A stretch of 64,000 bases of DNA from Dimorphilus gyrociliatus (Eukaryota > Animalia > Annelida), in assembly GCA_904063045.1 (NCBI GenBank), contig CAJFCJ010000018.1, positions 744,001 to 808,000 on the forward strand, read 5' to 3'. The notes under the pieces are model-generated. The model ran no database searches and had not been told where the DNA came from. It saw only the letters and a list, made by a program, of their open reading frames with translations. The position numbers were made by a program, and so were the translations under genes. Positions 16,254-28,953 of the stretch are shown here, piece by piece (position 1 is the first letter of the stretch; each line of letters begins with the position of its first letter).

Positions 16254-17359
16254 ATGCCTCCTAAGAAGAAAGGTGGGAAAAAAAAGAAAAAAAAGACAGC
16301 AGGTATTATTTAAACCTTAGGTTAATTTCTCAGACTAACGAAATTTTTATTTAGATGGGGAACTGACTGTTGAGGATAAATACAAGAAAACTGTAGAAGA
16401 AATTGAAGCGCTTAAAGATCAGCTAGGTAAAACAATTAATGTTATTTAACATGAAAGAACCTACTTTAGCCTAAAAAATAGAAATTTATTATGTAAAACT
16501 AGTACTGACATAATAATATTTCAGTCGTTAGAAGAGAAATAACACGAAAATCGTTAAACCAAAATGAATTCATGAGAAGCAAGGTAAAAGATGTTGAGGA
16601 GCGCTTAGAAAAGACTGAAATAGACCAACGAATGGCTAGTCAAGGTAAATATTGAGTTTATTACACTAGATGTCTCTCAGATCAAAAGCTGGAAACTTAA
16701 ATATATTCAAATCTAATTTCCGCTCCGTTAATTGATGGAGCAAAGCTTGCAAATGGGAAGAGTGCCCTTGTCCACATTCAAGCAAATGTTTATTATTGCC
16801 TTTGAAACCCTAATTAAACCGGAAATGTTCCTTATTGCGATAAAAGCAAGGTTTCTTTTAATGGAATAATAGTTTGAAATATTTTCAGATATGACAAGGA
16901 TGTATAAAACTATGCATAAGGAAATGTCAATACAAATAGATGAATTGGGAGCAGAATTAATCAGTAAACAAGCCGTACTTGGTACTCTCGAAATATATAT
17001 TTATTGTTTATTATTTTATGTGTTAATAATTGCTTTCTATCGAAGAAACTACTCAGCAAGAATTGGAACAAGTGAAGAAAGATAAGGATGAAATGGAAAG
17101 GAAAAAAGATGATGAAATAGCAAGGTTGAATAGAGCTCTTGAAAATATGGATAGGCAATATCGAGATATCTTATCGGTATTTAAGTCAGATTTTCATATT
17201 TGATGTCCTTTAATTTTCTAATAATTGTAGGATGCTTTTCACTCACTTAAAGTAAGAATCGATGATGCCAATTCACAGTGGAAAGACAAGGAAATAGATA
17301 TGCAATCTGAAAATAAACGTATGCTTATGGATTTAGGATTATATCCATTAAAAATCTAA
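16254..17359 (+). CDS. CCDC153: Coiled-coil protein CCDC153/DRC12-like (ciliary)
   Basis: Starts MPPKKKGGKKKKKK. Spliced product continues ...EIEALKDQL...DMTRMYKTM...KDDEIARL...MLMDLGLYPLKI*. Six exons with GT-AG introns. Confidence 0.8.
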
Positions 17360-17519
17360 GAATTTGTCTCTGTCCACAGAAATTTTCATGTTTCCTTTGT
17401 GTATATAAAATATATTTGTTCTTTTTATTCACCATTTGAAATCGTAGTATGTACATACTCAGAAGATAAAGCTAAGAGAAATATATATACAGTGTAATAT
17501 AAAGTTTTGAACAAATTGA

Positions 17520-18300
17520 TTATGGAGTCTGATGTCTTCCCGAAGAAGTCAAGGAAGATGATCTAGGTCTCCTTGCAGATTGATTAGTAGCTCTAAACCT
17601 ATGATTATATTCAGTGGATACATTAATAGCTATTGATAACAATTTGCACGTACCTGCTGTCTGACATATCGACAGTTTGAGTTCTGGATAGCCTGGAAGA
17701 CTGGTTCTTCACAGAAATTGCATTTAATTGCTGCATGTAGAATATAGCATCCTTCATCAAGTGTTTTGTGTTGCCTAGATGTGGACTTCCATATTTTATT
17801 CTGTCAGTCTCTGTAATTGCATATTCCATATCGTAACATGCTCCACTCACTTCTTTACGCTTTTCCTCCATTCCATGCTGTTTTGGGTCAAATCGGATTT
17901 TTATTTGCTAACTAGTTACAGAAGTAGACTCACTTACTTTGTGGTGAACTAGTAATGGAACATTCTTTCGAACATGTTCCTCAATTCGAAAGAAAGCTAA
18001 CGAAGGCTCGTTAGCAATAGTATGAACAGTATCGGTTAAATTATCACTTGTCTTCTTAACAGTTCTGTCTAATTCGGGATTATTATCGATAGTCCGTAAA
18101 AGATTAGCTCCTAAGATTAGAAAGCAGCATTCATGAGAAGCATAAAATTAAGCTCAAATTGTTGCAAATGATGTATTTTATAGCATCTTTTTTACTAAGA
18201 ATTAAATATATTCATTCATGGAAAATGTTACAAACTTACCTTTATTATATGTTGTTTGATACAACTTATGTAAAATGTCGGACTTTTCTAGCCCTTGCAT
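17520..18300 (-). CDS. BORCS8: BLOC-1-related complex subunit 8 (MEF2BNB), 4 exons
   Basis: Exon 2 reads KKTSDNLTDTVHTIANEPSLAFFRIEEHVRKNVP. Exon 3 reads GACYDMEYAI. Both match the BORCS8 ANEPS/EHVR signature. Confidence 0.88.
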
Positions 18301-18678
18301 ATCGAATCTTCAAGTCTGAATGAAGAATTTGGCTATTTCACTATTTCAACCGTTTATTTAAGCGAAGGGCTGCGATTTTAATACATATTATTATTTATTG
18401 ACAGTATGTTGGTACTCCATGGAACCATACCAGTATTTTGGCCTTAAAAAATTCTTGAAAAATCGAATTTTCGATATAATATTTCTAAAAAAATTATAGC
18501 ATTATGTAATGATTTTCTCGATAAAGTTATTGTAAATACGAAAACTTCACTCAATGTCAAGGTTGCACATGAGCGGACTCACAGATTAAAGGTGAAGAAT
18601 TATCGTTTTTACTCTGAATCGTGTCTATTCATTTGTTAGTTGAAGTCATAAATAGAAAACAAAAAAATAGGAAAAAGG

Positions 18679-19323
18679 ATGGCGAACTTACAACCAACTG
18701 ATCATGCCAACTGTTCCGACTTAATAATAGCTATTTGTAAGCAACATGAAGCGGTGAGACGTGATCTGAACCGGCTAACTGTGACACTACAAGAATTTGA
18801 TGTCTCGATTGAATTTAAAGCATCAGAAGGATCATTACAAGACGAACAGGTACTCGACTTTTACTTTACAGTTAATAGCTCAACTGATGTTTTAAGAATA
18901 TCGGTTTGTTCCCAATAGATTAAATTGCAGAAAATTGTTGACATAGCAACGCTTCGTGAACGCTTGAAGAATGCAATTTCTTTGCATGATTCCGCTAAAG
19001 ATTTGCTTGATATTGACTCAGTAGATAAAAGAAGATGGTTAAAACATATTATTAGCTATGCCGTTTTAGGTGCCACAATTGGGGGTTTGGTAATAAGAAG
19101 TGTTATGGCCTCTGGAAAATGGCTTCCTTTTGTTATCAGCGTCTTCAGTGCCCTGGCAGCAATCAACCGATGGCAAGAAGTCAGTAACAATAGAAAACTT
19201 CTATCTGCCTTAAAAGAAGATCAAAGTGATTTAGAGCGTCACGTTTCAGAATTAAACGATCATTTGAATACTGTAACAGAAAAAGTTAGGCGTATCGTTC
19301 GACCTGAAGCATTTGATTTTTAG
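18679..19323 (+). CDS. Unknown ~190-aa protein, coiled coil / 2 TM / coiled coil
   Basis: Exon 18679-18849, then a GT intron to an AG at 18918 or 18930 (both in frame), then an exon to 19323. Two hydrophobic segments, IISYAVLGATIGGLVI and WLPFVISVFSALAAI. I recognise no family. Confidence 0.65.
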
Positions 19324-19641
19324 CTGCTCAGTTAATTCTTGAAGTTACTTGTGGTTTTTTCAAGTTTCTAAACTTTCTTATTTACAAGTATACTAAAAAT
19401 ATACGGAAAATAAGTAATTAACAAAACCTCTTTGCTGAATGAATAATCATTGTAAATTATCTACAAAAACCGAGAAAAATACATTTTACACTACTCTAAA
19501 ATTTCATTTTATCATCATTCACTAGCACCAAAAATTAAACTTCTTTTCCGCAATGAGGCGCCACCGTTAAATTCATTATTTCGTTCTTACTGAATCGCAA
19601 CTTATTTAAATGCCTTAAAACGCAGAAGTTACTTTAAGTTA

Positions 19642-21201
<1,560 letters not shown>

Positions 21202-21282
21202 AGAAATGATTTTATTTGTTTATTGATTTTTCAATTTAATACAAAAAATTTAATACAAAAAACAATGTTCTAAAGTCGTTAT

Positions 21283-21935
21283 TCATTGCTCATTATTTTC
21301 ATGCCTTCTGTATTCTGTTCGCCACGGAGTTAACTGAAAAAAAAAAGATGTAGCTTGCATGGTTTGTCACATGTGGTCAATGCTAGCTAGTAGCTGCACA
21401 GGTTATGGCATATACAAGCATGTGCCTCACGAAGAGTCACTGATAACTCTACGATGTTGTAGTAGCGAGTCAACCCGAAAGGGTCTCGCGTGACTACTAC
21501 AATAGTTTCTTGGGTCAGTCATAATGAGAGACGCGCAAGAAGCAGACATCGATGATTTAATAATAAAGTTCAGCACACTACTTACTTGTGAGAAAACGGC
21601 GACACGAAAAGCACGTGGAATTTGCCTTCCAAAATTTTCCCATCTTTCGGCTAAGGATTTCTTTCTAAAATTTCATAATTACTTGTAAATGAAAGATATA
21701 TAATATTAGTAATAAGTCTTACCTTTCCAATTTCCAATACTTTCTCTTACTGATGGAAGCATGGTCCGGCCATGTTCCGCTAATTTTTACAAAAGACTCA
21801 GCTGATGACTTTATAGAGCTGAAAGTCCTTTTGGACTATTAGATGACTTAGATTATTAGGATTCATCTTAGATAGAAAATATATAGTTAATTTTAAACGA
21901 GATATTTCACGATTCATCAAAGCTCTGGTTCGCAT
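21283..21935 (-). other. Spliced snoRNA host transcript; coding potential uncertain
   Basis: Canonical donors at 21722 (AG|GTAAGA) and 21585 (AA|GTAAGT), with acceptors near 21665 and at 21334. The last three exons join in one open frame (..KYWKLERKKSLAERWENFGRQIPRAFRVAVFSQLTPWRTEYRRHENNEQ*). I found no convincing start codon. Confidence 0.5.
21346..21551 (-). ncRNA. SNORA73: U17/snR30 (SNORA73)-like H/ACA snoRNA, intronic
   Basis: GC-rich, structured 206-nt block inside intron 21334-21585. The 3' end GACAAACCATGCAAGCT-ACA-TCT carries the m2 motif AAACCAT and an ACA box. An m1-like ATATGCCATA sits on the opposite side of the pocket. Lower stem GCTTGTAT/ATGCAAGC. The 5' domain is closed by CGATGT/ACATCG and encloses two hairpins. 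The H box is not clearly canonical. Confidence 0.82.
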
Positions 21936-22018
21936 GAGGCGCGGGATGCAAATGACGAAGCTGGTAAACTGGGCGAAATATTCCTTTTCTACAGACCCAT
22001 TTCCGTAGAAAAATCAAA

Positions 22019-25000
22019 ATGGCGACGAACGTATCTGAAGAGATAGAAGAAAATGAAAATGATCTTTACCATAAAGCGACTCTTCAAGATGATGAAGAGT
22101 CCATATCAAGCGCCCGAAAAAAATACAGAATGCTCAAAGAAAAACGAAAAGAAATGTATGCATATCATATATTCTCAATAATGCTGTAAAACGCTCAATT
22201 TCAATAGGTTCCATTTAAAATTTTTGTTCGATCCCAATTCCTTACTTTACTTACAAACTTTGAAATCATTTAATTATCTAAAATTCAAGCACTACTTTTC
22301 ATACGTTAAATATATTTCAATTCATTAAAAATTCATATTTGGCTAATTTTTTAACATTTGTAAAACTAAAAATATAAAAAGGATATTAAATAATATTGCT
22401 TGTAAACATAAAATTAATTTCACTTCTAGTAAAAAAGAATGGAAACTGATTTTAAAAAGAGAACGTCAAAAGAAAAGAAAACAACTCAAGGCCAAGGAAC
22501 TGGGAGTACCAGGTAATTTAATAATTTCATGCTGCTAAATACTGTATCTCAAATTTATTTAATCTAGAGTATGAAATAACCGATGATCAGATTCCAGATG
22601 AAGATAGTGATAATTATGATTATACAGAAGAGGAAAAGAAATTAAAGTAATACGGTCTTTTAATTCAATGTTTACTGTTAAACTTACTAGCTGTTGCCTA
22701 TAGAGAAAGAGAATACAAAATTATGATGGAAAGAGAACGAATTGCCCATCTGGAATGGGCGGGCAATAGAGAAAGGGAGGAATATGAGAAAAAGCGAAGA
22801 GAGGAAATAGAGGTAATGCAATCTGTAGTTAATGCTTAAAATTCCTTTCTACAACATTTTTGATGTAAGAAACTTAAGTGGCCTAACTTCCAACCTTTAG
22901 AGACGCATAAGATTGGAATATGAGGAAAAAGAAAAATTAAAGTCTGTAAAGAAGAGAATAAAAACGAATAAGAGATCTGATGAAGAAAATGATAGCGCTC
23001 ACGAAGAAGAGGTATGGTTATTCATTTTTGGTTGTATTTTTACCAACAATAGTAATCTGTGTGATTTCAGTCAACGGATACTTTTGAGAGACCAAAGAAA
23101 AAAGTTATTCAAAAGCATAATAACATGCCTGTAAGTCTTAAGTTCTAATCAGCTTTATAACCTGCTTTACCATTTTGAACATAGCCACCAGTATACACAA
23201 ATTCTTTGGATGCCGATTGGAGGAACCCAACCTCTCATGAAATGTCTTATAGTAGTCAATCAATGACTGATAGACTACAATTAGAAGCCAATAAATGTAA
23301 TTATTATTGGAAAACTGGAGTGTGCAGATTTGGGAATAGGTAATTGATAGACTATAATTATTAATAGCTCCTAATGGTTAAATAAATGTTTAGATGCTCG
23401 AGATTCCATCCTAGAGTGGAGCATAGCAATACTCTGATATTTCACAACATGTACTATCATTTTGAACTAGAACAAGGATTATATGATGACGATTACAATA
23501 CAGGTGTTGAATATTATAAAATGAAAATGAAAACAGTGTTTATCAATAGTTTTATTGCAGATCTTACTTTGGAATATGAATATTCTGCTATTTATAAACA
23601 TTTTATGGAGTTTTATCAAGATTCACTACCAGAGTTTAAACTTTGTGGTCGAGTTCTACAATTCAAAGTGTGTTGTAATTACGAACCGCATCTACGCGGC
23701 AATGTATATGTTCAATATGATAGGTTCTTATCCTATAAAATTGCTATGCAAATTATTAAATTAGGTACATTTCTAGGTTAGAGGACGCTATTACAGCCTA
23801 TAAGAGGTTTAATGGTAGATGGTATGCAGGCAGGCAGCTTAGTTGTGAATTCTCCCACGTTTGTCGTTGGAGATATGCCATTTGCTGTAAATATTTTAAA
23901 AAACATTATTTTCATGAGTTATATTCGAAATTATAACAGCTGGGTTCCAAAGAGGTGAATGCTTAAGAGGCAAACGTTGTAATTATCTCCATCCTTTTCG
24001 TAACCCGAACGAAGAGTTTCGTGAAGCTGACAAAGATTTTATGCTTACTCCACCAAGACCGAAGCCTTATCGATCTCCTATACCAGTTGAGAGGGAGTCA
24101 AGATCTCGAAGTCGATCTTCAAGCTCCGGACGACGATCACGAAGTAAACGGCGTTCATACAGTAGGAGACGATCTCGTAGTAGAAGACGTTCGCATAGTA
24201 GTAGGCGACGCTCTTACAGTAGGAGACGTTCTTACAGTAGGAGACGCTCTTACAGCAGGAGGAGATCTTATAGTAGAAGTCGTTCGCCTAGCCGAAGAAA
24301 ATCACGTCATAGGTACACTTATATACCCTATCAGAATTTTATAATTTAATTTTCGTGACAAATAACAGATCCTATTCAAAGTCCAGAAGATCAAGATCCA
24401 GATCTTATTCATCATACGAGAGGTCTAGATCTAACTCCAGATCCAGGCGTCGTAGTCGTTATCGTTCTTTATCCCGTTCTAGCTCAAAACATAGTAGGGT
24501 CTCAAGATATAATTCTCGTTCTAAGTCAAGATCTAAGGAAAAAGAGAAGCTAAAAGAGATATCAGATTCTGAATCAAAATCTAAAACTCTTGACGAACAA
24601 AATTCAGCTTATAAGTTACAAGAAGAAAATCAGAGAATTAACAAAGACCCAAATTTAGGTATAAGTACAAGCCAATCTCCTTCAAATAAAAATGATGAGT
24701 CACCCTATTCTCCTAGTCGATCTTCATCTGTTTCTCGACTTATAACTAGCAGACCAGATGAGAACCCAGAGTCTATGACTGAAAATGAAAAAGAGAGCAA
24801 AACGTCAGATGGTGAGACTGAAGCAAATAATTCAATTAATTGTCAAAGTCCTAAAAATATTGATGAAAATACTATTGAAGTCAGAGCTATTAGTGACAGT
24901 ATTAATAATGAAAAGGGTGATTTGCAGACGAATAAGGAAAACCTCAAAACAACCGATTATAATACAGAAGAGATAAAAAAAGAAGGTAGGTCATCGAAAT

Positions 25001-25815
25001 CGAACTCACCTGCATATAGTGATTATGAAGAATGGATTAGAAATAGAAAATCCAGATCTAGATCGGGTTCGAAAAAACGATACTCCAGATCAAGGTCAGG
25101 TTCGTCTGACAGATCTTACTATCGATATTCTCGATCAGCCAGGAGAAGTGACAGACGCAGTTCAAGGTCATCATCTCACAGATCAAGTAATAGAAGTAGA
25201 TCTCGTAAGCACTGGCCCCATGACAAGTACAACGAAGTAAGAGAAATGGAGAAGGAAAAAGGTAGGAAAGAGTGGAGATATCAACAAATAAGAGCAGAAG
25301 AGAGGAAGAAAAGAGATGAAGAAGAAGCTAGAAAGGAAAAATTATACCTTCGTTCAAGTGGTTGGGAAATGAAAGTGCCCCCTCCAAGTATGCAACCAAG
25401 TGAACAAAAGCGACGTTATAATGATGATTTAAGGTGGCCATCACGCCCTAGAGATCCTCCGCCTTATTATTTGGAAGAACATAACTCAAAACCTTATGGC
25501 TCAACAAGATCAACAAGTCGCAATTCACGTAACAGAAATGTTTCTAGAAGGGCAGAATTTGAACCAGAGTCATCGAGAAGAAATTCAAGCGAGGAAAGAG
25601 AACGAGTTGAACGTCTGGTTCGAGAACAGCTTCAGAAATATGGGATATCCGTTAAAAAGGAAGCTGAAAGTGACGATAGTGAAAAGGAGACTGTTGTAGT
25701 CCAATACTCTCAAGAAACAAAAACTAGGAAAACAACTAGAAGGACTCATTCAAATAAGAAGGGGAAAAAATCAACAGAGCCTACCGAAGTAATCGAAATT
25801 CTGGATTCAGATTAA
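22019..25815 (+). CDS. ZRSR2: ZRSR2/Urp splicing factor (CCCH, UHM, CCCH, very long RS tail), about 11 exons
   Basis: CNYYWKTGVCRFGNRCSRFH, FKVCCNYEPHLRGNVYVQY, FNGRWYAGRQL, CLRGKRCNYLHPFRNP. Final exon 24369-25815. Confidence 0.93.
24143..24289 (+). repeat. Degenerate 18-bp coding tandem repeat (SRRRSY units)
   Basis: Units such as AGTAGGAGACGTTCTTAC, AGTAGGAGACGCTCTTAC and AGCAGGAGGAGATCTTAT in the ZRSR2 RS domain. Confidence 0.85.
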
Positions 25816-25980
25816 TTAACTATTAGAAGTCTTAATCATATAAGCGAGAAAACTAAATATTGTATAAATAAATCCCCGTAAAATATATGAAATTAATAAA
25901 TTTTGAATAATGAATAAAAGTAAAATATACACAAATGTCTAATTTGTTTCATATTTTATTACAAAGGCTAAATTTACATT

Positions 25981-28080
25981 CTAATGGTGAAACAATCTTA
26001 ATTTTGTGAAAATCATAGCCATGTTATGCTCGTTACAGGCGTCTACAACCACCTGGTCATTTTGACTACCACTTGGAGATGCAATAAATTCAACTCCCAT
26101 CCTCTTTGCTCTATCTATGTTGTCTCTGAATGGAAAGAATGCGTCGGAGCATAAGACGACTTGATCCAATTTTTCCATCCACTTATCTTTTTCTTCTTCT
26201 GTAAGTAGAGGCGGGGTTTCCTTAAACGCTTTGCTCCACGTGTTTATGTCAATATCTTTACCAATCATGCCAGACACATATAAATCAATTGCGTTTGAAA
26301 TTTCAGCCCGCTTGACATTATCTTTAAATGCCATATCCAAGACTCTGGGGTGATGACGTAGCCACCAGTTTGAAGCTTTTTCAGCAGCGAGCCTAGTACA
26401 GTGTATTCTAGACTGTTGGCCAGCTCCCACACCAATAACCTGGCCATTTCTAGTATAGCATACCGAATTACTTTGGGTATATTTAAGGGTTATCGAGGCA
26501 ACTATCATGTCCCGAATGGCATCTTCAGGTATTTCCTTTCTCTTTGTTGCTATATTCTGAAAGAGACTTGAATCAATTGTAGCATCGTTGCGCTTTTGTT
26601 CCATAGTCAAACCAAAAACTTGTCTCCGTTCAAGTTCGCTTGGTTTGTAGGTTTCGTCAATTTTCAACACGCAATAATTTCCACCTTTTTTTCGAGAAAG
26701 TATCTTCAGGGCATCTTCTTCGTAGTTAGGAGCAATAACACCATCTGAGACTTCTCTAGACAGAATTTGAGCTGTAGCAACATCGCAACAATCGGATAGA
26801 GCAACGAAATCGCCGAAGCTTGACATCCTATCGGCACACCTAGCTCTAGCGTATGCTGTTGCTAAAGGAGTCAAACGTTCAAACATATCTCCAACCATGC
26901 AAACTTTAGCCTCATCCGGAGTAAGGGGAACACCTACGGCTGCTCCAGCTGGCGATACGTGCTTAAAACTAGCCGCAGCAGGCAAATTAACTGCCTTTTT
27001 CAGCTCAGCAACCAGTTGCCAAGCGTTCAAAGCGTCCAAAAGGTTTATAAAACCTGGGGATCCATTTAGAACATCTAAAGGTAACTTTTGCTCAGTGTTG
27101 AATATTTGAGCTGGTTTCTGATGTGGATTCATACCGTAACGAAGTGGCATTTGGGAAACACCACTAGAATAGCTCTTTCTGAAAAAATCAGAAATAGCAT
27201 CATCGTATTGGGCTGTATGTTGAAATGCTTTTAAGGCTAGTTGACGTCGAGTATCCACAGATGTATCATGATTGTCGTTTTTATGCATTTCATTTATGAT
27301 ACTGAAATATTGGATGGTGTTTAAGTATTTTCGTAAATTATTGGAGATTAAATTTACAGTACCTTGTATAGTCATCTGGATCACTTACAACAGTCACTCT
27401 TGCGTGATTTTTGGCTGCAGCTCTCAGTAGAGTTACACCTCCAATGTCGATATTTTCGATAGCGTCGTCAATTGTGACTCCTTCTTTCTCAATGGTTTCA
27501 ACAAAAGGATATAAATTACAAGCAACAACTTTTATAAGTCGATAATCTTGCTTCTTCATATCGTTCAAATCTCCATCAGTTAATCTGGACAATATTCCAG
27601 CATGAACTGCTGGGTGAAGAGTTTTCACCCTACCTCCAAGCATTTCTGGCGCTCCTGTGATATCCGCAACATCTCTGAAAAAATTGCATAACCTTAAATC
27701 TCAAGAGTACTGCTTTGCGTACCCGAGTTATCTTTTATCTTCGGAGAACAGAGATAAAGGAACTTGCAAAACACTTTATTGGGCTATCAAAGTACCCTTT
27801 TTTTTAATGTTGTACAAGTATATACAGCATGTACATCTAATATATTATTTCTACGAACCTGACAGGTAAGCCAGCATTCCTTATTGCTTTAGCTGTTCCT
27901 CCACTGGCGACTAATTGCATTCCCAACTTGTGTAAGCTCTCAGCGAATTCAATTAGATTTCTCTTGTTGGAAACGCTAAGTAAAGCTATTTGTTAAAGGG
28001 AATTTCATTCAATTAATTATCGTTGTAATTAAATATTCAATTGCATATGATGAAAACTTGCCTAATTCTCCACTTGCCAT
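25981..28080 (-). CDS. ATIC: Bifunctional AICAR transformylase/IMP cyclohydrolase, 4 exons
   Basis: Exons 28080-28062, 27985-27859, 27674-27363, 27301-25981. [45 protein letters not shown]-terminal RLFHH. Confidence 0.97.
27986..28061 (-). other. Non-canonical GC-AG intron (ATIC intron 1, 76 nt)
   Basis: ATG GCA AGT GGA GAA TTA G|GCAAGT...AATAG|CT TTA CTT AGC restores MASGELALLSVS. Confidence 0.85.
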
Positions 28081-28755
28081 TTTCTCAGGTACACTCTGGA
28101 ATCAGGAATGAAAATGAAGAAACTATAGAGATTTTGAGAAATAAGTATTGAAAGTTGAAATGAACTCAGTACATTCGTTATAGGACTAAAAGCAATATAG
28201 TCTATGATTGGTTGGTGGATCTTGAATTGGGTGGAGTCTAATTCAATTATAGGATGACAATTGCAATACAAAATTACTAACAAATGTGCCAATAAAATAT
28301 ACCGTTTAAATTTATAAATATAAGAATATAGTACGAAGTATTGTAATTTTTACCGTGTATACCAATTTCACGATCTTAAGATCTTTAAATTATTTATATA
28401 AATATATTAAAATCGACGATTTGAAAAAGAGTATATACCTCTGCAACTGTTTAACAATGATATTGTAGATTTTTACCTATAAGTCCTTTGGCCTAGTCAA
28501 CTTTTGGACCTTTGATCTTTCCAAATTTCGCTTTTGTTTTAGTACAAATTGAATCCTTGTGAAAATCGGATAAGTTACTATTTTAATGCTTATCTATGGC
28601 TTCACTTGTGCCTTTTCCAATTGTCACTATACGAAGTACTCTCATCTTCCTCCTGTGGAAAATTATTATCCTTATATTTCATCTTGATAGTGTTTTCTAA
28701 AAGATGCTATATAATAATAAGCTAACCCAAGAAAATTTTTAAATGTATTGGTATT

Positions 28756-28775
28756 TATATATATATATATATATA
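28756..28775. repeat. (TA)10 microsatellite
   Basis: Direct reading. Confidence 0.9.
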
Positions 28776-28953
28776 CTGTGTATATATAATTTCCATACAT
28801 AATATAAAACTAATAATATATAATTTAACTCTTGCAAAGATAAAATTATTTAGTATTATCACATGAGATATAATTTAAACTAGTTCCAGATTTTTTATGT
28901 TAAAACAGGAAAACTATGAAATATAGAATATTTTCAATGTGAAAAATGTTTGT

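Noticed and set aside
21457-21502. Plus-strand ACCC-GAAA-GGGT hairpin suggesting a hammerhead ribozyme or SECIS
   Set aside because: The CUGANGA core and SECIS quartet are missing. The minus-strand U17 reading explains the structure.
24021-24344. Alternative-frame ORF with repeated VGD(A/V)LT units
   Set aside because: It is a shadow frame of the ZRSR2 SRRRSY repeat.
27675-27858. 55-nt hairpin followed by AAAGCA in ATIC intron 2, a possible H/ACA snoRNA
   Set aside because: There is no second hairpin or ACA box, and no C/D boxes.
28062-28292. 76-aa minus-strand ORF upstream of ATIC
   Set aside because: It overlaps the true ATIC start in another frame and has no recognisable homology.
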